A program made the position numbers and the translations under genes. Source: Terrihalobacillus insolitus (GTDB lineage: Bacteria > Bacillota > Bacilli > Bacillales > Amphibacillaceae). From it: a stretch of DNA of 32,000 bases. Where the stretch lies: the NCBI RefSeq assembly GCF_028416575.1, contig NZ_JAMQKB010000001.1, positions 173,649 through 205,648 on the forward strand. Direction: 5' to 3'. Under the pieces are notes generated by a model. It saw nothing but the letters and a program-made list of their open reading frames with translations. It searched no databases and had not been told where the DNA came from. Below, in pieces: positions 7,570 to 16,629 of this stretch (position 1 is its first letter; every line of letters starts with the position of its first letter).

Positions 7570-7628
7570 CTATTATTTCTCCTCCCCCACTGCAAATCTA
7601 TGAATCTAGTCTACTTTTAAACTTCCTC

Positions 7629-8522
7629 TTATACTTTAAGAAACTTCCGAACACTCATCACGCTTCCCCATACCCCAATAAAGGCACCAATTGCAAGAAT
7701 TAATAGCGATAACTGCCAGGCAAACGGATTAAATGGTAACAATTCAACAAAATTCATCGTTATTAAATCATTCACATTTTTGTCGAGATAATAATATCCT
7801 GCAATAACAACTGTTATGGGAATGACGGTTCCTAACACACCTAACAATAAGCCTTCCACAAAAAACGGCCAACGGATAAAACTGTTCGTAGCACCGACAA
7901 GCTTCATAATCCCAATCTCTTTCCGACGAGCCATAATCGTCAGTTTAATCGTATTTGATATTAGGAAGATCGCGGTAAATACGAGCCCTATAATAAGAAC
8001 TAACCCGATGTTTCTAGAGTATTTATTAAAGGTAAACAATTTTTGAACTACTTCTTCCCCATAATTCACCTTGAAGACCGAATCAAGCTTATTTATTTTA
8101 TTTGCAACATTTACTGTTTCAAGTGGATCTTCTGTTTTGACGACATATACATCATTTAAAGGGTTGTCTTGTTCAAAAAGTTCAAGTGAACTTCCTTCTT
8201 CTCCCATACTTTCTATTAAATTGTTTAATTCTTCTTCCTTAGAGGAAAAAGTTACAGAAGAAACTTCAGGCATTGCTTTGATTTGATCTTCTAAGGCATC
8301 CACTTCTTCTTGGCTTGCTGTTAATTCGATAAATGTTTTGATTTCCACGTCTTCTTCTAGGTTTTTTGCAACTTGATTTAAATTCATCATGAGCGCAAGG
8401 AAAGATCCGACTAAGATGAGTGTTGTTGTGACAGCACCAATAGATGCAACTGTCATCCAGCCATTACGCCATATATTCTTTAAGCCAACTTTAAAGTGCC
8501 TTTTAAATGTTCTAAACTTCAT
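7629..8522 (-). CDS. ftsX: Cell-division ABC transporter permease FtsX
   Basis: MKFRTFKRHFKVGLKNIWRNGWMT... with a large extracellular loop and 3 C-terminal TM segments. ATG 8522 overlaps the ftsE stop; the track start 8555 lies inside ftsE. Confidence 0.9.
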   Translation of the reverse strand: MKFRTFKRHFKVGLKNIWRNGWMTVASIGAVTTTLILVGSFLALMMNLNQVAKNLEEDVEIKTFIELTASQEEVDALEDQIKAMPEVSSVTFSSKEEELNNLIESMGEEGSSLELFEQDNPLNDVYVVKTEDPLETVNVANKINKLDSVFKVNYGEEVVQKLFTFNKYSRNIGLVLIIGLVFTAIFLISNTIKLTIMARRKEIGIMKLVGATNSFIRWPFFVEGLLLGVLGTVIPITVVIAGYYYLDKNVNDLITMNFVELLPFNPFAWQLSLLILAIGAFIGVWGSVMSVRKFLKV

Positions 8523-9198
8523 AACCGTATTCACCTCTGTGTTCGTCACGCACAATTAAACCGCCTTCGATTGCAATCACGCGTTTTTTAACTGTGTTGA
8601 CGATTTCTTTGCTGTGGGTGGCCATGATAATCGTCGTACCTCTTGCATTTATTTCCTCTAATATGTTCATAATCCCCCAAGATGTATCTGGATCAAGGTT
8701 ACCTGTTGGTTCATCCGCTATCACCAGTTTTGGATGATTGACAATAGCTCTAGCAATGGAAACACGTTGTTGCTCTCCACCTGATAGCTCGTCCGGAATG
8801 AATCTAGCTTTATTCTTCAAACCAACAAGATCCAGCACTTCCATTACACGACGCCGAATATTTTTCGGAGTTTCTTCGATTACCTCTAGTGCAAATGCTA
8901 TATTTTCAAAGACTGTTAGTTTCGGTAAAAGCTTAAAATCTTGATATACAACGCCGATATCCCTACGGATGTGAGGAATCCTTTTTTCTTTCACTTTTTG
9001 AAGGTTGACATTATTCACAACGACCTTACCATTCGTTGGTTTCACTTCACGAAAAATCAATTTTATAAATGTTGATTTCCCTGCACCACTCGGGCCAACA
9101 ATATATACAAACTCACCTTGTTCAATAGTGACGTCTACTCCATTTAAAGCAGTTACACCATTTGGATATTTTTTGTATACTCCCTGCATATCAATCAT
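8512..9198 (-). CDS. ftsE: Cell-division ABC transporter ATP-binding protein FtsE
   Basis: Walker A GPSGAGKST, signature LSGGEQQR, Walker B LVIADEPT. 228 aa. Paired with ftsX. Confidence 0.95.
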   Translation of the reverse strand: MIDMQGVYKKYPNGVTALNGVDVTIEQGEFVYIVGPSGAGKSTFIKLIFREVKPTNGKVVVNNVNLQKVKEKRIPHIRRDIGVVYQDFKLLPKLTVFENIAFALEVIEETPKNIRRRVMEVLDLVGLKNKARFIPDELSGGEQQRVSIARAIVNHPKLVIADEPTGNLDPDTSWGIMNILEEINARGTTIIMATHSKEIVNTVKKRVIAIEGGLIVRDEHRGEYGYEV

Positions 9199-9270
9199 TT
9201 GTTAATCACCTTTATCTATTAGGATTCTGTTATTCTAGGTTGTCCGAATTTTCCTTAGTGCCTTTAAGTT

Positions 9271-9354
9271 CGTGTTCAAAAAGTCGACAAATTAGAAGCA
9301 AGCCAACGAAGAGATGCGAAGCTTATCATTTGGTGATTTTTTGAACATCCTCTA
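9271..9354 (+). repeat. R1 element, internally deleted copy 2 (~84 bp)
   Basis: cgtgttcaaaaagtcgacaaattagaagcaag|ccaacgaagagatgcgaagcttatcatttggtgattttttgaacatcctcta. It lacks the central ~75 bp present in full copies. Confidence 0.85.
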
Positions 9355-9480
9355 TAATTCTATTTTATTATAACATTTTCTTACACTATTTTTAGACATA
9401 AAATTATTACATTTTCATTTCAATGGTGGTTTATTTTAGAAAGCGGAGTGGAATTTGGTAGAATTAGTCGAAGAATCCAT

Positions 9481-9532
9481 AAAAAAACAGAACCCTCCAT
9501 CTAAAATTGCCAATGAAGAGCTCTGTTTTTTT
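9481..9532 (-). terminator. Rho-independent terminator of the YitT-family gene
   Basis: Minus-strand RNA cagagcucuucau...auggaggguucug pairs over 13 bp (including G-U) and is followed by U7. An A7 run lies on the other side. Confidence 0.55.
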
Positions 9533-9556
9533 AGTGAAACGGTACAATTTGTTAAC

Positions 9557-10426
9557 CTAATGATGGGATTTAAACCCTTCTCCTAAAACCTCTGTTGCAT
9601 TCATGACAATAACAAACGCTTGGGGATCGATGTTTTTTATAGTTTGTGTCAATTTTATGAATTCGTTTTGAGCAACGACACACATGATTATTTTTCGTTC
9701 TTCATCTGTATATCCACCAGTACCGTTTATGACTGTAACCCCTCGATCGATATCAGAAAGTAATGCCGTTCTTACCTCTTCCATTTTGTCTGAAATAATG
9801 AGAATATTTTTAGATGTGTTCAGCCCAACTTGCACAAAATCGATGGTGCGACTCGTTATAAACAGACCGATTAGAGCATAAAGCCCTGCTTCAATTGAAA
9901 AAACAAATGCTGCTGTAATGACAATCATCCCATCAAATAGTGCGACACAAACGCCAAGTGGCAGCGGAAAATATTTATGTAAAATCTGAGCAGCTAGATC
10001 GATCCCACCAGTTGAGGCTTTCCCCCGAAACACAATTCCAAGCCCAAGACCAACACCCATCCCTCCAAATATAGCTCCTAATAGTGGGTTCGGTGTTACT
10101 ACTGGATAGTCTTTAGTCAAAAACACAAAAAAAGGAAGAGCGATTGTTCCTACCAATGTTTTTATACCAAAATTTTTCCCGAGTATGACAACTCCAGCAA
10201 TGAATAATGGAACGTTTAGCATAGCTTGTACAATCGATGGCTCCCAACCAAAAAGAGACCTTGTAATCGTACTAATCCCTGCAACCCCACCAGAAGCAAC
10301 ATCGTGCGGTAAGAGGAAAACATTAAATGCAACTGCAACAAAATAAGATCCCAATAGCACGAGGGAAAACTCAACGATATGTAGAAGTCCTGGAGGCACA
10401 GGCTTTCGACGATAACGAGCAATCAT
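9557..10426 (-). CDS. yvjA: YitT-family membrane protein (DUF2179 C-terminal domain), YvjA position
   Basis: Five to six TM segments followed by a soluble C-terminal domain (GVTVINGTGGYTDEERKIIMCVV...). Sits between prfB and ftsE as in B. subtilis. Confidence 0.75.
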   Translation of the reverse strand: MIARYRRKPVPPGLLHIVEFSLVLLGSYFVAVAFNVFLLPHDVASGGVAGISTITRSLFGWEPSIVQAMLNVPLFIAGVVILGKNFGIKTLVGTIALPFFVFLTKDYPVVTPNPLLGAIFGGMGVGLGLGIVFRGKASTGGIDLAAQILHKYFPLPLGVCVALFDGMIVITAAFVFSIEAGLYALIGLFITSRTIDFVQVGLNTSKNILIISDKMEEVRTALLSDIDRGVTVINGTGGYTDEERKIIMCVVAQNEFIKLTQTIKNIDPQAFVIVMNATEVLGEGFKSHH

Positions 10427-10496
10427 ACATCCACCTCATTTCCAAAATTCACTCTAAACCTAATCACTTTATGGATCCATCAAACCCTTTTTATGT

Positions 10497-10530
10497 ACAA
10501 AAAGGCAACGATTCATTCATAACCGTTGCC
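10497..10530 (-). terminator. Rho-independent terminator of prfB
   Basis: Minus strand ggcaacg-gttatgaatgaat-cgttgcc followed by tttttg, 9 nt after the stop codon. Confidence 0.65.
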
Positions 10531-10538
10531 CTAACATA

Positions 10539-11640
10539 TTAATCCATTTTTGACCTTAAGAAGGCATCCATAAATTTATCTAAATCGCCATCCATCACAG
10601 CTTGTGTGTTTCCAGTTTCAACATTCGTACGATGATCCTTTACCATTGCGTACGGGTGGAATACATATGATCTAATCTGGCTTCCCCAGCCAATTTCTTT
10701 CTGTTCGCCTCGAATACTGTCAAGCTCTTGTTGCTGTTTTTCAATTTCAAGCTGGTAAATTTTTGCCTTCAGCATTTTCATCGCTTGTTCACGGTTTTTT
10801 ATTTGAGAACGCTCTGATTGACACGTGACCACCGTGTTCGTCGGTAAATGCGTAATCCGAACAGCAGAGTCCGTTGTATTAACGTGCTGTCCACCCGCAC
10901 CACTAGATCGATACGTGTCAATCTTTAAATCTTCTGTTTTTATGTCAATCTCAATATCATCATCAAATTCTGGCATAACATCACAGGAGACAAACGATGT
11001 ATGACGGCGGCCAGATGAATCAAATGGTGAGATTCGTACTAAACGATGTACTCCTTTTTCTGCCTTCAAATAGCCATAAGCATTATGTCCTTTGATTAAT
11101 AGTGTAACACTCTTGACACCTGCTTCATCACCAGGAAGATAATCCAAAGTATCCACCTGAAAGTTTTTAGTTTCTGCCCATCGCGTATACATGCGAAGAA
11201 GCATACTAGCCCAGTCCTGTGATTCCGTACCACCAGCTCCAGGATGCAGTTCTAAAATAGCATTGTTCCGATCATAAGGATCATTTAGCAAAATGACTAA
11301 TTCAAACTGGTTAAGTGCTTCTGTCAACTCTTGAACCTCAGATTCCAGCTCTTCAAACAAATCCTGATCGTTTTCTTCCTTTACAAGTTCGTAGGAAACC
11401 AGTAAATTATCTAGTGTTTCTTCATGTTTAGCAAATGTTTGAACGAGCTCCTTCAGTTCATTGACTTCACCAATTACTTTTTGGGCATTTTGTTGGTCAT
11501 TCCAAAAGGAGGGATCTACCATTTCCTCTTCTAGCTCAGCTATCCGGGTCTTCTTTTGGTCTAAGTCAAAGAGACCCCCTAAAATCCACTAATCGACTGG
11601 TCATTTTATCTAATTCATTTCTTATTTCAGCAAGTTCCAT
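10539..11640 (-). CDS. prfB: Peptide chain release factor 2, expressed through a programmed +1 ribosomal frameshift
   Basis: Frame 0: ATG 11640, [24 protein letters not shown], then UGA at 11568-11566. The +1 frame continues [22 protein letters not shown]... into the 327-aa track ORF, which contains SPF and GGQ motifs. Confidence 0.95.
11565..11580 (-). promoter_or_regulatory. prfB +1 frameshift site: internal SD-like AGGGGG, spacer, CUU UGA C
   Basis: Minus strand reads AGG GGG TCT CTT TGA C, the classical RF2 autoregulatory frameshift cassette. Confidence 0.9.
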
Positions 11641-11711
11641 TTCGTCACCTCAAAAAATTGATTGCGTTTTGTTTTCATTTTGGACACACTAACCTTGTAA
11701 GCATTCTAACA

Positions 11712-14222
11712 TTATTTACCGTGACAGTGTTTGTATTTTTTGCCACTTCCACATGGACAGGGCTCATTTCTGCCAACTGATTCCGACTTTACATACGGCC
11801 TCCGTACTTTTTTGGCTTCTTCTTGTCCACCAGATACGGCCTGAGCATCCTTGACAACCTCTTCACGCTTTAAGTTTTCCCGAATTTGTGCCTTCATTAC
11901 ATATTTCGATACTTCTTCCTCAATCGCGGTAACCATTTGTTCAAACATAGAGAATCCTTCCATTTGGTACTCGCGCAACGGATCATTTTGTCCATAAGCT
12001 CTTAAATGAATGCCTTGACGTAGCTGATCCATTTGATCGATATGATCCATCCATTTTGTGTCTACGGTTCGAAGCAAAATGACCTTTTCAAATTCGCGCA
12101 TCTGCTCAGAGGTCAATTCCGTTTCTTTTTTGTCATACCGAATCTTTATTTTTTCCATAATCAAATCGATGATCTCATCTTGGTCAATCCCTTTTAGTTC
12201 ATCAATCGATAGATCGGAAGGCTCTAAAAGGTTTGCGTGTAGATATTCAACAATGGAAGTGAGTTCCCAATTTTCATCCAGTTCGTCCTGTGTGTGGGTA
12301 TGCACTATACGCTCTACAGTAGACTGTATCATCTGTTCAATAATTTCTCGTAGATTATCAGAGTCAATAACTTCAAAGCGCTGTTTATAAATGATTTCAC
12401 GTTGTTGACGCAATACATCGTCATAAGAAAGAATGGTTTTACGTGAATCAAAGTTATTTCCCTCTACCCGTTTTTGTGCGGATTCAACTGCACGCGATAC
12501 CATTTTGCTTTCAATTGGCTGTGAATCATCCATACCTAACTTCTCCATCATGGTCCTCATATTGTCGGAACCAAACCGACGCATTAATTCATCTTCCATG
12601 GACAGATAAAACTGTGTCACACCAGGATCGCCTTGTCGCCCTGACCGACCACGGAGCTGATTATCGATTCGACGTGATTCGTGCCGCTCCGTACCAATAA
12701 CAGCTAGTCCACCTAATTCAAGAACACCTTCTCCTAGTTTAATATCTGTTCCTCGGCCAGCCATGTTCGTTGCAATCGTTACCGTACCGCGCTGACCAGC
12801 ATTTTCAATAATTTCAGCCTCACGAAAATGATTTTTCGCATTTAATACATCGTGTTTCACACCAGCTCGTTTTAACATTTTTGATATTAACTCAGACGTT
12901 TCAACTGCAACCGTACCAACGAGAACAGGCTGGCCATTTTGATGGCGTTCCTTAATGTCCTCTACCACCGCACGAAACTTCCCTTCAATCGACTTATAAA
13001 TCATATCCGGTCTGTCATCACGAATAATTGGCTTATTCGTAGGAATGGCGATAACATCCATGTTGTAAATGTTCCGGAATTCTTCTTCTTCCGTTTTAGC
13101 TGTACCCGTCATGCCAGCAAGCTTTTCATACATACGGAAAAAATTCTGAAAAGTAATGGACGCTAACGTCATACTTTCATTTTGAATTTGAAGGCCTTCT
13201 TTTGCTTCGATTGCTTGATGTAATCCATCACTATAACGGCGACCCTTCATTAAACGACCAGTAAACTGGTCGACAATGACTACTTCTCCATCTTCCACTA
13301 CGTAATCGGTATCGCGGTGCATTGCAGCGTGAGCCTTTAATGCTTGGTTAATATGGTGAATCAATGTCACATTTTTAAGATCAAAAAGATTCTCTACAGC
13401 AAAGAAACGCTCCGCTTTGTTAATCCCTTCTTCAGACAATTGAACACCCTTTGTCTTTTCATCGTAGGTAAAGTCTTCTTCTTGTTTTAGTGTTCGCACG
13501 AAGGAATTGGCCTGCTGGTACATGCTAGCAGACTTTCGTGCTGATCCAGAAATGATCAAAGGTGTCCGTGCTTCATCTATTAAAATCGAGTCAACCTCAT
13601 CAATAATCGCAAAATGAAGAGGGCGTTGTACCATTTGTTCTTTGTACAGAACCATGTTATCTCTAAGGTAGTCGAAGCCATACTCATTATTCGTACCATA
13701 GGTGATATCCGCCATATAGGCAGCTCGTTTCTCTTCTTTTGTCATCCCGTTACCATTTAATCCAACTGTCAATCCGAGGAATTCAAATAACTGTCCCATA
13801 TCCTTTGCATCACGGTTAGCCAAATAGTCATTAACAGTTACAATATGAACACCTTTTCCTGTTAGAGCATTTAAATAAGCAGGCATAGTGGATGCGAGCG
13901 TTTTCCCTTCACCTGTTTTCATTTCTGCAATATTTCCTTCATGAAGGGCAACAGCACCTAACAACTGTACAGGGTATGGCCGCAAGCCAAGAACACGTTT
14001 AGCCCCTGAACGGACAACAGCATAGGCTTCCACCAACAAATCATCTAGTGTCTCACCATTCTGATAGCGCTGTTTAAGCTCCTCTGTTTTCTGTCTTAAC
14101 TCGTCATCAGATAATTGTTCTATGTTTGGTTCTAACTCTTCAATTTTATCTACGATTGGTTGCAATGTTTTTAATTGACGCTGATTGTCGTCTCCAAAGA
14201 CTTTCTTCAGTAATCCACGCAT
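11712..14222 (-). CDS. secA: Preprotein translocase ATPase SecA
   Basis: 836 aa from [14 protein letters not shown]... (ATG 14222 preceded by AGAGGAG). DEAD-like motor motifs and a C-terminal zinc finger [14 protein letters not shown]. The track start 14354 is a 44-codon over-extension. Confidence 0.95.
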   Translation of the reverse strand: MRGLLKKVFGDDNQRQLKTLQPIVDKIEELEPNIEQLSDDELRQKTEELKQRYQNGETLDDLLVEAYAVVRSGAKRVLGLRPYPVQLLGAVALHEGNIAEMKTGEGKTLASTMPAYLNALTGKGVHIVTVNDYLANRDAKDMGQLFEFLGLTVGLNGNGMTKEEKRAAYMADITYGTNNEYGFDYLRDNMVLYKEQMVQRPLHFAIIDEVDSILIDEARTPLIISGSARKSASMYQQANSFVRTLKQEEDFTYDEKTKGVQLSEEGINKAERFFAVENLFDLKNVTLIHHINQALKAHAAMHRDTDYVVEDGEVVIVDQFTGRLMKGRRYSDGLHQAIEAKEGLQIQNESMTLASITFQNFFRMYEKLAGMTGTAKTEEEEFRNIYNMDVIAIPTNKPIIRDDRPDMIYKSIEGKFRAVVEDIKERHQNGQPVLVGTVAVETSELISKMLKRAGVKHDVLNAKNHFREAEIIENAGQRGTVTIATNMAGRGTDIKLGEGVLELGGLAVIGTERHESRRIDNQLRGRSGRQGDPGVTQFYLSMEDELMRRFGSDNMRTMMEKLGMDDSQPIESKMVSRAVESAQKRVEGNNFDSRKTILSYDDVLRQQREIIYKQRFEVIDSDNLREIIEQMIQSTVERIVHTHTQDELDENWELTSIVEYLHANLLEPSDLSIDELKGIDQDEIIDLIMEKIKIRYDKKETELTSEQMREFEKVILLRTVDTKWMDHIDQMDQLRQGIHLRAYGQNDPLREYQMEGFSMFEQMVTAIEEEVSKYVMKAQIRENLKREEVVKDAQAVSGGQEEAKKVRRPYVKSESVGRNEPCPCGSGKKYKHCHGK

Positions 14223-14283
14223 AAAAAACGCTCCTCTTATAGGCCAAATCTTTTTTATATCTTCATTATATAGTCCAATATTT

Positions 14284-14312
14284 ATGATAACACTAGCTTT
14301 TATGTATGACAA
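14284..14312 (-). promoter_or_regulatory. Candidate sigma-A promoter of secA (TTGTCA-N17-TATCAT)
   Basis: Minus strand cTTGTCAtacataaaagctagtgtTATCATaaat, about 60 nt upstream of the secA ATG. Sequence match only. Confidence 0.35.
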
Positions 14313-14349
14313 GATTCCTGTGTCAGCCAAACCCATCAAAACCCTATTT

Positions 14350-14707
14350 GGCAATTAAGGGCCTCTCAGTCCGCTAAACCCGCCAATACCACGTTTTTTT
14401 GCCGAATAGCGGTCTCTCAGTCCGCTAAAAATTCTATGCGGACTCAGAGGCCCTTATTTTCAGTAAACGGCATGATTTCTATGCTTAAGCGGACTCAGAG
14501 GCCCTTATTTTCAGTAAACGGCATGATTTCTATGGTTAAGCGGACTCACAGGCCGTTATTTGCTCTAAAGGGGTTATTTATGGCTGGATTTTCGGCAATT
14601 AAGGGCCTCTCAGTCCGCTAAACCCGCCAATACCACGGTTTTTTGCCAAATAGCGGCCTCTCAGTCCGCTTAAATTTCTATGCGGACTCAGAGGCCCTTA
14701 TTTTCAG
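14350..14707. repeat. R2 repeat cluster: two 114-bp units (14350-14463, 14594-14707) flanking two ~51-bp units, carrying eight ~19-bp cores in both orientations
   Basis: Forward cores (g)gcctctcagtccgct near 14358, 14409, 14600, 14653. Reverse cores agcggactcagaggccc near 14438, 14488, 14540 (variant), 14681. The 114-bp units differ at about 5 positions. Confidence 0.9.
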
Positions 14708-14739
14708 AAGAAGGCCTAGGGAACACGAAGAGCGTGGGC

Positions 14740-14961
14740 CTATAGGATGTTAGTGCGTTCGTTGTTGCGACTGGGCGTCGCATCTTTAACCGAACCTACT
14801 TTTTCCAGTGTTGACTTATCGTACGGAGGTGGAGGAAGTCTCACTACAGCATTAGCGTTAGAGTTGGACGTGGCTATCCAGTCGATCATTATCGACAAGC
14901 ACATCATTTTATAGTTTCCTAAACTATATAAAGAAAAGTGAGTAACCCGGGGATGAGTCAC
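14740..14961 (-). other. In-frame continuation (73 codons) downstream of the TGA that ends ORF 14962-15177; coding status unresolved
   Basis: Same reading frame as 14962-15177 and directly contiguous (…YK TGA GTG ACT…). The segment is visibly GC-richer than surrounding intergenic DNA and contains short perfect hairpins. Confidence 0.2.
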
Positions 14962-15177
14962 TCACTTATATGGGGAATATTTCGAGGAAACATCGGAGCT
15001 AGAGGAGGCAACAAAAAAACGAGGAGAATGTTGATGAAGAATTTCATTTTTAATGTGTGTGTTCTCCAAATCTACAAGTTTGCGATTCGTTGTCGCTAAA
15101 ATGGTTAACAACTGGGAAATAGCGTGTTCCTGTTGATCTAGTCGTTTTTGAATAACCTTACAGTGCAAGCAACTCAT
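14962..15177 (-). CDS. Hypothetical 71-aa protein (MSCLHCKVIQKRLDQQEHAISQLLTILATTNRKLVDLE...)
   Basis: ATG preceded by AAGGGGG at about 10 nt. Predicted helical N-terminus. No family recognised. Confidence 0.4.
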   Translation of the reverse strand: MSCLHCKVIQKRLDQQEHAISQLLTILATTNRKLVDLENTHIKNEILHQHSPRFFVASSSSDVSSKYSPYK

Positions 15178-15460
15178 ACTGGAAATACCCCCTTTATTTG
15201 ATTTAATTTAGTTATAGCATATCAATACATGATAATCTATTTTTTGTTTTTCAATAACTAGGAAAAAAGAACCTCTTTTTTGCCGTTTTTTGGCCTTATT
15301 CGACAATTTTCTACAGAAATTTCTTGTTTTTCTCCGTATTTTTGTCTTCGAAATTTGATTTCGCACTATTTTTTGCTATATTTTCGACTTAATACGACAA
15401 TATCTGCAAAAATAGATGCAAAGCGGAGGATTATTAGTTTAATTGGTTGCATCTATATAG

Positions 15461-15493
15461 AAAAAGCGAACTAACCATAAGGCCAGTCCGCTT
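15461..15493 (-). terminator. Rho-independent terminator of hpf
   Basis: Minus strand aagcggactggcc-ttat-ggttagttcgctt (G-U pairs) followed by ttttt. Confidence 0.6.
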
Positions 15494-15537
15494 GATTACT
15501 ATCAAATATATTACTAGTTTTTCTTGCAACATTATCA

Positions 15538-16104
15538 TTAGCTTGGTTCAATCAATCCATATTTTCCATCACGGCGACGATACACAACATTTGTATCTCC
15601 AGTAATGGCATTGTTAAACACATAGAAAGCGTGTCCTAGCATATCCATTTGAAGAATTGCTTCTTCTGAATCCATAGGTTTTAAATCAAATCTTTTCGTT
15701 CTAACGATTTCAATATCATCATCATAGGGATCTTCTTCTGGCTGAAGTTTCCGCGCTAATGCATCTTTCTCTAGCTCTGCAAACACATGTTTCGGTGCAC
15801 CCTTTTGCCGAAACTTACGATTTACCTTTGTTTTATGTTTCCGAATTTGACGTTCTAACTTGTCAACAACTAGGTCGATGGCAGCATATAAATCAACATG
15901 GTGTTCCTCTGCACGAAGTAAAAGATTCGTCATCGGAATCGTCACTTCAATTTGCTGTTCATCATTATAGACACTTAAATTTACATGTACTTCAGATGTG
16001 GGGGGTGAGTCAAAATAGCGCTCTAGCTTGCCGACTTTCTTTTCAACAAATTCCCTGATTGCACCTGTCACCTCAATATTTTCACCACGAATATTGTACT
16101 TCAT
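15538..16104 (-). CDS. hpf: Ribosome hibernation promoting factor, long form (YvyD)
   Basis: 188 aa. MKYNIRGENIEVTGAIREFVEKKVGKLERYF... with the long-HPF C-terminal dimerisation domain. Sits between the fliT operon and secA as in B. subtilis. Confidence 0.95.
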   Translation of the reverse strand: MKYNIRGENIEVTGAIREFVEKKVGKLERYFDSPPTSEVHVNLSVYNDEQQIEVTIPMTNLLLRAEEHHVDLYAAIDLVVDKLERQIRKHKTKVNRKFRQKGAPKHVFAELEKDALARKLQPEEDPYDDDIEIVRTKRFDLKPMDSEEAILQMDMLGHAFYVFNNAITGDTNVVYRRRDGKYGLIEPS

Positions 16105-16148
16105 TTAAAAGTGTCCTCCTTTCGGTCTTATGTATTTATTATTCTATG

Positions 16149-16174
16149 ATACCCTGTCTAATTCCTGCTTAAAC
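16149..16174 (-). promoter_or_regulatory. Sigma-B-type promoter of hpf (GTTTAA-N14-GGGTAT)
   Basis: Minus strand ctTGTTTAAgcaggaattagacaGGGTATcat, about 40 nt upstream of the ATG. B. subtilis yvyD is known to be sigma-B dependent. Confidence 0.65.
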
Positions 16175-16347
16175 AAGAAATCTTCTATCTATTTTTTGTC
16201 GAGTTTTGTCAACGTTAATAACTAGTAAGCATGATGCTAATCAAAATACATACACTTTAAGACAGAAAGACATTAGACTATCAAAAATATATACTGAATG
16301 AATGTCAATTATGTTATGATATTGAAAGTAAAGAAAGGGTGAGAATT

Positions 16348-16629
16348 ATGGAAGAACAGAACCACCAACGGCAAGCGGAAACCAACGGTAAAGCAATTGC
16401 CTCCATGGTATTAGGGATTTTGTCACTCGTCATCCCATACATCGGTTTTGTCTTGGGGATTATCGGAATTGTATTGGCAAAAAAATCGTTTAATGAAATA
16501 GAGCAAAACGAACAAGGCGGGCGTGGCATGGCCATTGCAGGATTAACGACAAGCATTATTGGGACTGCTCTCTACGCACTTTTAATTATAATACTTATTA
16601 TTGGAATCAGTGCCTTTGTTTCTTATTAG
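16348..16629 (+). CDS. DUF4190-like small membrane protein
   Basis: MEEQNHQRQAETNGKAIASMVLGILSLVIPYIGFVLGIIGIVLAKKS... with two TM hairpins. ATG 16348 follows AAGGGTGA. The TAG stop (16627-16629) is the first 3 nt of an R1 end. Confidence 0.7.
   Translation: MEEQNHQRQAETNGKAIASMVLGILSLVIPYIGFVLGIIGIVLAKKSFNEIEQNEQGGRGMAIAGLTTSIIGTALYALLIIILIIGISAFVSY

Noticed and set aside
8161-8175. Extra R1 fragment inside ftsX (gttcaaaaagttc)
   Set aside because: Only an 11-nt match to the R1 terminus, within a conserved coding region. Chance similarity.
14223-14354. 44-codon N-terminal extension of secA in the ORF track
   Set aside because: SecA homology begins at MRGLLKKVF (ATG 14222), which has a good AGAGGAG SD. 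The extension covers the AT-rich promoter region.
14436-14621. 61-aa plus-strand ORF with an internally repeated peptide (RTQRPLFSVNGMISM x2)
   Set aside because: It lies entirely within the R2 repeat cluster. The peptide repetition simply mirrors the DNA repeats, and there is no SD.
14350-14707. Possible CRISPR array (regularly recurring ~19-30-bp repeats)
   Set aside because: The cores occur in both orientations and the spacing is irregular. The sequences between cores are themselves repeated (114-bp and 51-bp units) rather than unique spacers. No cas genes or leader are present.
14715-14960. Known structured RNA (tmRNA, RNase P, SRP RNA, group II intron domain V) in the GC-richer segment
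   Set aside because: By eye I found no match to the B. subtilis tmRNA, RNase P or scRNA sequences I remember, nor a convincing domain V (GAGC...GAAA...GUUC-type) helix. It needs cmscan and is left as an open observation only.
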